This document shows positions 25,659-32,000 of a DNA stretch of 32,000 nt, in pieces. Each line of letters opens with the position of its first letter. Positions within the stretch are counted from its first letter, which is position 1. The position numbers were made by a program, and so were the translations under genes. Source of the stretch: Pyrobaculum aerophilum str. IM2 (lineage in GTDB: Archaea > Thermoproteota > Thermoprotei > Thermoproteales > Thermoproteaceae). The stretch is from assembly GCF_000007225.1 (NCBI RefSeq), contig NC_003364.1:2070001-2102000 (forward strand), read 5' to 3'. The notes under the pieces were generated by a model. The model was not told the DNA's origin and searched no databases. It saw only the letters and a program-made list of their open reading frames with translations.

Positions 25659-26621
25659 ATGCTAATTCAAGTGCTTTCTATAGTGCTGGCATTCACGGCA
25701 GGAGTAGCCTTTGGCAAGTGGTGGGTTCAGTTCCAGAAAAGGCGGGGAATTACTTCCCGGGATGTTTACAAGGGTATTGACGGAGTGCCCAGGGCGGGGG
25801 GGCTTATAGCCGTGGCGGCCTCTGCGGTAGGATACGGCGTTGCGGCCCTTGTGGCTGAGGAGGCCGCCGTTGTTTTAGTAATATCTCTTATTATAGGTCT
25901 CTTGGGCCTTTTAGACGATTTGCGGGGAGTGAGCGAATATGTGCGCGTTTTAGTCCCAGTGTTTTTGGCCATAGGCTTGGCTAGGGCGGTGGGCCAAATG
26001 AAATTGACTGTACCAATGGTGGGCCTTTTCTACGGGGCGACTGGATGGTTTGCCGCGTTGGCGTTGCCCGTTATGACAAACGCTTTTAATATGTTGGATC
26101 CCGTGAACGGGTATTTGCCCGCTGCAAATATTATCATAGGCCTCGCCCTGGCCGCGGTGGCAGTAATTAGGGGACAGGCAGATGCGGCGTTTCTACTGGC
26201 TATTCACGTGGCAGCGTCGTTGGCCCTGTTTCTGTACAATAAGTACCCCGCCAAGACTTTTAACGGCAACGTGGGGAGCTACTTCCTAGGCGCCAGTATA
26301 TCCACAATAGCTGTTTTATACGACCTCGTGGCGTATTTAATTCTAACAGGCCTGCCCTTTGTGATAAACGGGGCGTTGATAATATTCTCCTCGGGGGGGA
26401 TAAAGGGGCGTGAGAAAATACAGAGGCCCACTGTTTTAAAAAACGGAGCGGTCTACCAAGAGTGTAACTCCCCAATCTTGTCGCTTGTGAGATTAGCCGT
26501 AGCCGACAAGCCGTTGACTGAATACGAGATATTTAAAACGCTAGTTATCTTGACGGCTATTACATCGGCGCTGACAATAGTTTTGGCCGCGTTATTGCGC
26601 CTCTTCGCACTGCCGATATGA
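25659..26621 (+). CDS. GT4-family polyprenyl-phosphate sugar-1-phosphate transferase (MraY/WecA/AglH-like)
   Basis: Polytopic membrane protein with LLDDLRG (DD motif) and NAFNMLDPVNG (NxxNxxDGxDG-like). It starts 1 nt after the dys stop. Confidence 0.85.
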   Translation: MLIQVLSIVLAFTAGVAFGKWWVQFQKRRGITSRDVYKGIDGVPRAGGLIAVAASAVGYGVAALVAEEAAVVLVISLIIGLLGLLDDLRGVSEYVRVLVPVFLAIGLARAVGQMKLTVPMVGLFYGATGWFAALALPVMTNAFNMLDPVNGYLPAANIIIGLALAAVAVIRGQADAAFLLAIHVAASLALFLYNKYPAKTFNGNVGSYFLGASISTIAVLYDLVAYLILTGLPFVINGALIIFSSGGIKGREKIQRPTVLKNGAVYQECNSPILSLVRLAVADKPLTEYEIFKTLVILTAITSALTIVLAALLRLFALPI

Positions 26622-26833
26622 AAAAGGCGCTTATCGTCGTGGGAGCGTCGTACTTAATACTGCTGGCGTTTTTTGCCATTGCGACTTGGCTCCTGCCCTT
26701 GTTAAGACAGAGAGTTCTCGGCGGGTTTACAATTGGCGATGTGGTGACAATAATAGTGGTTTTACTCTACGGGCTGTTTATATATTTAGCCGGGTTTTAT
26801 CTAGTACGTGGCAGTTGCAAGAGCGGATATTGA
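26618..26833 (+). CDS. Small membrane protein (71 aa, two predicted TM helices)
   Basis: ORF track. Its ATG overlaps the GT4 stop (ATGA). Two hydrophobic helices. Confidence 0.55.
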   Translation: MKKALIVVGASYLILLAFFAIATWLLPLLRQRVLGGFTIGDVVTIIVVLLYGLFIYLAGFYLVRGSCKSGY

Positions 26834-26954
26834 AACGCTAAAGTGTATCCGCGGAGAGAGCAATTGGGATTTTTGTCTAAGGCTTAAAAAGGCCAAGGAA
26901 GCCCTGGCGGAATTAGAAACTAAGATTGAAAAACTTCTTGAGAAACTGCCGTGA
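26808..26954 (+). CDS. Possible micro-ORF (48 aa, helical/coiled-coil-like)
   Basis: Not in the ORF track because it is under 60 aa. I translated it by hand: GTG 26808 ...ADIETLKCIRGESNWDFCLRLKKAKEALAELETKIEKLLEKLP. Its stop TGA (26952-26954) overlaps the GTPase GTG start (GTGA). It fills the only apparent gap in an otherwise gap-free operon. Confidence 0.3.
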   Translation: MAVARADIETLKCIRGESNWDFCLRLKKAKEALAELETKIEKLLEKLP

Positions 26955-27436
26955 GGAAGGCGTCTGTAGCAGTCCTGGGGGTGGGGGGCGTGGGGAAGAC
27001 GACGTATGTATTTAGACTTCTGGGCCTCTCCCTAAAGCCCAGGGCCACCCTACGCCCAGGGATATACCGCATGTATCTAAGCGATAAGGAAATTGATTTT
27101 ATCGACGTTCCGGGCCAAGTGGCCACTGAAGTGGCGAGGAATTTCGCAAAGGCGTGGACGTTTTATGTGGACTTAATGATTTATATGTACGACGTGACAG
27201 ATCAGTCCTCTCTTTACGCCATTGCGGAGCTCCACAGCGCGTTGCTTGACAGAGGGATTAGGCCTTATAGAAAAGTAGTGTTAGTGGGGAATAAGCGGGA
27301 CCTCGCCGAAGAGCTCGGCCTTTTTGTAGAAGGCGATGAGATAGCCACGGCAGTTGGCGCCTCTAAAATATATTATATATCTGCCCTTAAAGACAATATT
27401 GAGGTTTTATACAAGCCGCTGGAAGAAAACATATGA
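26951..27436 (+). CDS. Ras-superfamily small GTPase
   Basis: All G motifs are present: G1 GVGGVGKT, a G2 candidate Thr in RATLRPG, G3 DVPGQ, G4 GNKRD, G5 SAL(K). 161 aa. Confidence 0.85.
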   Translation: MRKASVAVLGVGGVGKTTYVFRLLGLSLKPRATLRPGIYRMYLSDKEIDFIDVPGQVATEVARNFAKAWTFYVDLMIYMYDVTDQSSLYAIAELHSALLDRGIRPYRKVVLVGNKRDLAEELGLFVEGDEIATAVGASKIYYISALKDNIEVLYKPLEENI

Positions 27437-28290
27437 TCCCCCGTGAGGATATTATCACAGGGATTTTAGCCACCCCATTGGTTGCCCTCCTCCAGGAAAT
27501 TGACGAGGTAAAGCCCAGCCCCAGGGTAAGGCCTCTGTTTGATCTCATTTCGGAAACGGGGGTGTTGCAGAAAAAGGGGGATAAGTACAAAAGGGGACAG
27601 GCGCCCCCGGTAGGCGAAGTCTCTCCCATTGCAGAGGCCGTGGCTGAGCTCTTTCAACACATAGTTTTTCCCTACCTAGCGGCCGACAGACAAGCGGTGA
27701 GGCTAAGCCGCGAGCTCCAGAGGGCTTTGTATGTATACACATCGGCTTACCAAGCGTTTAGAATTACGGCAGTTCAGGAGCTTTTAAAATTCGGAGGGCT
27801 CACCCTTGTGGCGGGGTGGTTCCCCTGTGCCTTTTCCTCAGAGCTAATGTCAATAGCAGGCCGCGATGTGGTAATAGTAGAAGAGCGCGAAGACATATTA
27901 ACGCTTGAAATGGACCGTCTCTCTTTAATCCCCCTAGCCCCGTCGCCTCCTGGGCGGGAGCTCGCGGCGGCTGGTTTTTACGCCTTTGAAATCACGCGGC
28001 TGGACGACTTAGAGCAAGTGGCGGAGAAATACGGCAAATTCGACACGGCAATAGTCTGTAACAGAGGTGTCGACGTGACGAGGTTAGGCGGGCTGGCAGA
28101 CGAGATTTTTTACATAATGCCCAAAGACAAGGTGATTTTTCAATTAAACGACGCGTTATTGAGAGGACTGGGCCTCACGGCCCCTGCCCAAGACGCAGAT
28201 AAGGCGCTGAGAAAAGCCGAGAGGGAGGAGCTGGGGCCTTTTGAGATATATATATATATTAAGGAGCGCAGGCACCGCCTGACAAAATAA
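27433..28290 (+). CDS. Uncharacterised protein (285 aa) translationally coupled to the small GTPase
   Basis: ORF track. Its ATG overlaps the GTPase stop (ATGA at 27433-27436). The N-terminus is wHTH-like (LFDLISETGVLQKKGDKYKRG). The C-terminal half looks alpha/beta (GRDVVIVEEREDIL...FDTAIVCNRG). No family recognised. Confidence 0.65.
   Translation: MIPREDIITGILATPLVALLQEIDEVKPSPRVRPLFDLISETGVLQKKGDKYKRGQAPPVGEVSPIAEAVAELFQHIVFPYLAADRQAVRLSRELQRALYVYTSAYQAFRITAVQELLKFGGLTLVAGWFPCAFSSELMSIAGRDVVIVEEREDILTLEMDRLSLIPLAPSPPGRELAAAGFYAFEITRLDDLEQVAEKYGKFDTAIVCNRGVDVTRLGGLADEIFYIMPKDKVIFQLNDALLRGLGLTAPAQDADKALRKAEREELGPFEIYIYIKERRHRLTK
28246..28259. repeat. (AT)7 dinucleotide microsatellite
   Basis: atatatatatatat read directly. 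It lies in the last codons of ORF 27433..28290 (EIYIYIK) and abuts the stop of the convergent HAD gene. Confidence 0.9.
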
Positions 28291-28945
28291 TCTCCACGGC
28301 CTCCTTAAACCCTATGCCGCTTGGCCCGTCTACCACTACTTTTGCCGCTTTTTTCGCCGCTGGCGTCGCGTTGCCCACGGCAAACCCCCAGGAGACGCTT
28401 AACATGCCCACGTCTACATCGCTGTCTCCCACTGAGGCCACTTGAAAACACGGCACTCCCAGCCTCTGACACAGCCACTTTACCGCAGTGCCCTTGTCGA
28501 CGCCTGCAGGCCTTACGTGTATGGCATATCCGCTAGACTCCACGACATAGCCCGGCCCCAATACGTCTCTTAAGCGCTCTACCGCGTCCTCTCTAAGCGG
28601 TATATACGCCAAGTCGTATTTCCTACACTTATTCTGATGGCTGGGCTTGACGACGCCCGTTGATAATACAAGGCGATCTACCTCTGCCATATCCCCAGAG
28701 CATAGCTCGTACGTAACGCCGTCTAGGTGGACGAGACATCCGTTTTCAGCTATGACATCTCTAATCCCCAGGTACCTGGCCACAGTTAACGCGAAATCTA
28801 GGCCGTTGGCGGTGGCCAAGACTACTCTAATCCCCGCGTCGCGCGCCCTTCTCAGAGCTAGGAGAGCCTCGGCAGATAGCTCGTATGTGTTTCTGCCAAG
28901 AGTCAGCGTCCCGTCTAAATCTACTACAAGCACTTTACACGCCAC
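28259..28945 (-). CDS. HAD-superfamily phosphatase (archaeal phosphoglycolate phosphatase / Cof-like)
   Basis: Motif I VVDLDGTLT and motif IV GDSDVDVGM. The ORF track extends to 29011, but that extension would contain the tRNA promoter. GTG 28945 lies about 24 nt downstream of minus-strand ttttataaag (plus 28964-28974). Confidence 0.8.
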   Translation of the reverse strand: MACKVLVVDLDGTLTLGRNTYELSAEALLALRRARDAGIRVVLATANGLDFALTVARYLGIRDVIAENGCLVHLDGVTYELCSGDMAEVDRLVLSTGVVKPSHQNKCRKYDLAYIPLREDAVERLRDVLGPGYVVESSGYAIHVRPAGVDKGTAVKWLCQRLGVPCFQVASVGDSDVDVGMLSVSWGFAVGNATPAAKKAAKVVVDGPSGIGFKEAVEIILSGGACAP

Positions 28946-28988
28946 GTCGCCTAAGAACAGCGCCTTTATAAAAGCTATTGTTTTAGGC

Positions 28989-29000
28989 AAAAATTTTTTA
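28989..29000 (+). promoter_or_regulatory. TATA-like box for tRNA-Asn
   Basis: aaaaatttttta is centred about 28 nt upstream of the mature tRNA 5' end (29023). Confidence 0.4.
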
Positions 29001-29022
29001 AGTGGCCGCATCCATCAACCCA

Positions 29023-29110
29023 GCCGCCGTAGCTCAGCCCGGTTAGAGCGGCGGGCTGTTAACCTAAGGCGGACACCCGTAGGTCCCGGGTTCAAATCCC
29101 GGCGGCGGCG
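29023..29110 (+). tRNA. tRNA-Asn (anticodon GUU) with a 13-nt intron at the canonical 37/38 position; CCA not encoded
   Basis: Folded by hand. Acceptor GCCGCCG/CGGCGGC with discriminator G. D arm GCTC-AGCCCGGTTA-GAGC. Anticodon stem GCGGG/CCCGT with loop CT-GTT-A[intron 29062-29074]A. Variable loop AGGTC. T arm CCGGG-TTCAAAT-CCCGG. Confidence 0.9.
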
Positions 29111-29115
29111 CTGGA

Positions 29116-29520
29116 CTACTCTGTTAATATAACTTTGGCGTATTCGGCGAGGGAGTTTCTCAACTGCGCGTCCTCTGTCTGCAAGGCAATTGCTAAAATC
29201 AGTTGGGCCAATATTGGCTTTCTATCTTCTTGCGGCAAGGCGTTTAACAAATTAGCCGCTGCCGTGGAGATTAAGCCTATGGCCTCGTCTACTTTTAACT
29301 CGATGTTTGAGAGGAGGTCTATGACGCGATCCTCGGTTTTATATAACGTGTATATAGTGGTTAGCATTAAAAAGTCCGTGTCGCTGATTTGTAGCCTCTC
29401 GGCCCACTCTTGTACTTTTACCGGGTCTGACAACATATACTGTACAAATTTTTCAAGCTCACTCCTTGGAATTTGAAACATTTTCTCCGCGTCGTTGAGG
29501 AATTTCTCAACCCAATCCAC
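29116..29520 (-). CDS. Hypothetical helical protein (134 aa)
   Basis: ORF track. The ATG at 29520 lies about 23 nt downstream of an A/T box (plus 29537-29548). Confidence 0.6.
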   Translation of the reverse strand: MDWVEKFLNDAEKMFQIPRSELEKFVQYMLSDPVKVQEWAERLQISDTDFLMLTTIYTLYKTEDRVIDLLSNIELKVDEAIGLISTAAANLLNALPQEDRKPILAQLILAIALQTEDAQLRNSLAEYAKVILTE

Positions 29521-30298
29521 ATCTAAGACTATAATTCTATTTAAATTGAGAGTTTTTATAAATTCGGTGTTTTCAAAAGCGGGAGTCGGCTGGGTTTACG
29601 AGGGTTTTTTCGGCGTAGACGTCCCAGAGGACGTGGACGTGCAAATAGTCCTTGTCACGCACTACCACGAGAGACACATCGCCGGGACCAGGTGGGCGAA
29701 GAAAGTAATTATCAACCCGATAGAGTACAGCATGGCGACTGATCTGCAGAGGGCGTTGAGGTATTCAGAGGTGGTGTTAAGGCGGGCTGGGGCGCCTAAA
29801 GACGTAAAGCCAGCCGTTGTGGCGGCCCCTTTCCGCGGCTCTGTGTATAAATTCACCGCTGGGTGGGTAGATCTGGGGGACTTATCCGTCCGCGTTTTGC
29901 CCTGCGGCTCGCACACGTGGGGACACACTTGCTACGGAGTGGAGAACGCAATATTTGTAGGCGATTTAGACAGCTGGATTGTAAGCGTGGGAGTTTTCAT
30001 AAACGTCTTGTCTTCCCTGAGAGGCCTCAAGGGGTATGTTGTTTATACAGGCCACGGCGGGAGAGAGCCCGTGGAGGAGTTCGTGGAGAGAATCAGCGCC
30101 AGTTTTAAAAAGCTCACTGAAAAATACGTGGAGTGTCTTGGCGAGAAAGTGCCCTACAGAATAGCTCTTTGCGCCAGGGGAGGCGGGGACGTCTTAAGGC
30201 TGTCAGAAGAGGGAATTGCTTTTGTAAAATACCTGGCAGAAAACGGCTACGCTAAGATTGTCAACACGTTTCCTTACACAGTCAAGCCCACGTATTGA
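29495..30298 (+). CDS. Divergent metallo-beta-lactamase-fold protein (start uncertain)
   Basis: MBL motif order is seen: VTHYHERH (HxHxDH with Asp replaced by Arg), GSHTWGHT, FVGDL, TGHGG. The 5' part of the ORF-track model overlaps the divergent gene. I found no good start codon at the expected distance from the A/T box at 29554-29565. Confidence 0.55.
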   Translation: MRNFSTQSTSKTIILFKLRVFINSVFSKAGVGWVYEGFFGVDVPEDVDVQIVLVTHYHERHIAGTRWAKKVIINPIEYSMATDLQRALRYSEVVLRRAGAPKDVKPAVVAAPFRGSVYKFTAGWVDLGDLSVRVLPCGSHTWGHTCYGVENAIFVGDLDSWIVSVGVFINVLSSLRGLKGYVVYTGHGGREPVEEFVERISASFKKLTEKYVECLGEKVPYRIALCARGGGDVLRLSEEGIAFVKYLAENGYAKIVNTFPYTVKPTY

Positions 30299-30639
30299 AG
30301 GACTTCGTCTAGCTGACAACGGAAGAGGTGGCTGGGGCTGTCGGGATCGTCCGTGGAGCCGAAGCCGGGGATGTAGTCGCACCTGCTGGCCAGGGCCTTC
30401 GCCACCTCCCTCTCACACAGCGGAAGCACTACGGCATATAGAGCCGCGCAGTTTAAGAAGTCGACGTGCCACCTCTTTTTAACAGGCCGGTTTAAATGCC
30501 GAGTAACTCTCTTGAGGCAGGACTTTCCACAAGAGCCCACATATGCGTATACGCCGCTTTTTATTACAAATTTTGCCGCCACGTGAGGATCGCAGAGGAA
30601 AAAGACCACATAGCTTTTAAAACACTTTGTATGCGACAT
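30274..30639 (-). CDS. GIY-YIG-superfamily DUF123 domain protein
   Basis: SGVYAYVGSCGKSCLKRVTRHLNRPVKKRWHVDFL matches the DUF123 pattern (GxYxYVGSA...R..RH....K..WHIDYL). It lies 30 nt downstream of the Sir2 gene with no A/T box of its own. Confidence 0.7.
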   Translation of the reverse strand: MSHTKCFKSYVVFFLCDPHVAAKFVIKSGVYAYVGSCGKSCLKRVTRHLNRPVKKRWHVDFLNCAALYAVVLPLCEREVAKALASRCDYIPGFGSTDDPDSPSHLFRCQLDEVLQYVGLTV

Positions 30640-30669
30640 GTGCGATGAGGAGCCGATGGCTGGCGCAAC

Positions 30670-31419
30670 TCATGGCGTTAAAGCTTGGCGGGTTCTGAGC
30701 CTCCTCTTTACCTCCTCCACGAGGCGCGGGAGCACCTCCCCCGCCCTCCCCTGAATGAATACATCTGCTATTGGCGTTATGGCGGAGGGCTCGACGTTTA
30801 TTTCCACAACCCTCGCCCCGGCCTCTTTAGCTATCCGCGGGATATACGCCGCGGGGTATACCACGCCTGAGGTGCCGACGACTAGCAAGACGTCTGAAAC
30901 TGAAGCCAGCTCCACGGCGGCTCTCCAAGCCTCTTGAGGCAACGGCTCTCCAAACCAAACGACATCCGGCCTCAACAGCCCACCGCATTTTCTGCACAAG
31001 GGGGGCACCTCCTCCACTGGCTTGTCCAATATATACACAGAACCGCATTTTACACACCGCGCACGCCAAATAGAGCCGTGTAACTCAACCACCAGCCTGC
31101 TCCCAGCCCTTTGGTGCAAGCCGTCAACGTTCTGAGTTATGACGCCCCTCACCACGCCCATGGCTTCAAGCTCGGCGATGGCATAATGGCCAGGGCTAGG
31201 CCTTGCGTTGTAAATAACCTCCTGGCGCCATTTATACCACCGCCACACTAGCGCCGGATCTCTCGCAAAAGCCTCCGGCGTGGCCAGCTCCTCGGGCTTA
31301 TACCTCTCCCACAAGCCCCCCGGCCCTCTGAACGTAGGAACGCCGCTTTCGGCGGAGATACCCGCGCCGGTGAAAACTACACAATGACGAGAAGAGGCCA
31401 ATAAGTCTGCAACGTTCAT
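30670..31419 (-). CDS. cobB: NAD-dependent protein deacylase, Sir2 family (CobB-like)
   Basis: [22 protein letters not shown], a Zn-ribbon Cys pair set (CVKCG...CRKCGG) and [12 protein letters not shown]. An A/T box tttataag (31440-31447) lies upstream. Confidence 0.92.
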   Translation of the reverse strand: MNVADLLASSRHCVVFTGAGISAESGVPTFRGPGGLWERYKPEELATPEAFARDPALVWRWYKWRQEVIYNARPSPGHYAIAELEAMGVVRGVITQNVDGLHQRAGSRLVVELHGSIWRARCVKCGSVYILDKPVEEVPPLCRKCGGLLRPDVVWFGEPLPQEAWRAAVELASVSDVLLVVGTSGVVYPAAYIPRIAKEAGARVVEINVEPSAITPIADVFIQGRAGEVLPRLVEEVKRRLRTRQALTP

Positions 31420-31628
31420 AAATACACCTCACATATTTGTTTATAAGTAATGAGCCAGGCGATTAGGATACGCTACGTCCTCCCCCCTAATAGTTCCTAT
31501 CCACGTCGACGAATACAATGGGCCAGATATACGACTCGTCCATCCTCCAGCCTGTTAGTGCCCCGCCCCTTTTGAGACTGCGTTTTGGTATAACTCCTCC
31601 GCTTGCTAGGCATTATAAGAGGGCCAAG

Positions 31629-31865
31629 TTATGCCGTTTTGTCATTGTCATGTATTTTTCTCTTTACTAAACAGAATCGTGTTCTAATTGAACAAAAATG
31701 ATTGGGTTTAATAACAAAGGTTTGAACCGGGGTGAAAACGTCTTGTCTATTAGAAACGTCAAAGCCTAGTTCCATACGGCGGTAGTTTAACAAAACGGCC
31801 CGCTGTTTAGTTAATTTAACCAAACCGCGGGCAGTGTGGTTGCGTAATATTTCCGCTTTTTCCAT
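31629..31865 (-). CDS. Questionable small ORF (78 aa) in a low-GC segment
   Basis: ORF track only. No recognisable family and no well-spaced A/T box. Local composition is atypical for the window. Confidence 0.3.
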   Translation of the reverse strand: MEKAEILRNHTARGLVKLTKQRAVLLNYRRMELGFDVSNRQDVFTPVQTFVIKPNHFCSIRTRFCLVKRKIHDNDKTA

Positions 31866-32000
31866 TTCTTTCTCCGCTTATTTTCCGGTTATCTTTTGCC
31901 CGCAGTGTGCGCAAGCTTATAAACCTCACCAAGGGGGATCTATACGCCTTTACGGGATTTGAAAGTATCTTACGGGGCGTGTGAATGCTGTGTTTGTCTT

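Noticed and set aside
28946-29011. The N-terminal extension of the HAD phosphatase ORF (start at 29011). Analogous long 5' extensions occur at 13838, 18150 and 23898.
   Set aside because: The extensions overlap divergent genes or the tRNA promoter, and they lack an A/T box at about -26. Downstream GTG/ATG codons have one, so the shorter models are preferred.
28647-29132. A 161-aa plus-strand ORF overlapping the HAD gene and the tRNA. Many similar antisense ORFs appear in the track (for example 241-474, 662-925, 1633-2007, 12770-13117, 17296-17550, 25078-25446 and 30685-30937).
   Set aside because: These are shadow ORFs on the opposite strand or in alternate frames of well-supported genes. 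They have Arg/Ser/Pro/Thr-rich, low-complexity composition and no start context. One of them runs through a tRNA gene.
30274-31419. A Sir2-family gene followed by a GIY-YIG/DUF123 nuclease-like gene, considered as a possible Sir2-based antiviral defence pair.
   Set aside because: The Sir2 protein has all the hallmarks of a housekeeping CobB-type deacylase ([16 protein letters not shown], a Cys4 Zn module, about 250 aa) and no extra sensor or effector domains. DUF123 proteins are widespread small archaeal proteins. Nothing else nearby looks defence-related.
1-32000. Searched for CRISPR arrays, rRNA genes, IS elements/transposases, integrases and long direct or inverted repeats.
   Set aside because: I saw no regularly spaced repeats, no transposase or integrase-like ORFs, and no rRNA-like sequence. 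The only RNA gene I can support is tRNA-Asn.

Overview
This is a gene-dense archaeal chromosomal segment, coding on both strands. All function calls come from motif recognition by eye, since no database search was possible. Several things point to a hyperthermophilic crenarchaeon of the Thermoproteales (Pyrobaculum/Thermoproteus-like): ribosomal proteins S3Ae and S15P/S13e, Rio1 kinase next to a KH/Dim2-like protein, deoxyhypusine synthase, Lrp/AsnC regulators, an intron-containing tRNA, and A/T boxes centred about 26 nt upstream of start codons (leaderless mRNAs).

Content from left to right:
- A coupled pair of orphan genes; the second encodes a Thr-rich, C-terminally anchored surface-type protein.
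- mobA.
- An extracellular starch/maltodextrin module: a GH57 amylopullulanase plus a MalEFG-type binding protein and two permeases, with no ATPase gene.
- htpX.
- A 551-bp stretch with no ORF in the track.
- Two convergent moeA paralogs, one fused to a PBP-like domain.
- A class-II amidotransferase, a stand-alone RAM-domain protein and an Lrp regulator.
- rps3ae, a KH protein and rio1.
- iorB and iorA, with iorA interrupted by a frameshift at a G6-C-G6 tract.
- A single-ribbon TFS/RpoM-like protein and a DUF151 nuclease.
- A degenerate DHH/RecJ-like protein next to rps15.
- A chain of about seven overlapping cistrons: methyltransferase, deoxyhypusine synthase, a GT4 phosphotransferase, two micro-proteins, a Ras-like small GTPase and a 285-aa unknown.
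- A HAD phosphatase, tRNA-Asn(GUU) with a 13-nt intron, an atypical MBL-fold protein, a DUF123/GIY-YIG protein and a Sir2 deacylase.
- A low-GC segment at the right edge.

No CRISPR array, rRNA or recognisable transposase was seen. The most promising candidate for a new system is the small-GTPase cassette at 26808-28290. It is a hypothesis only.
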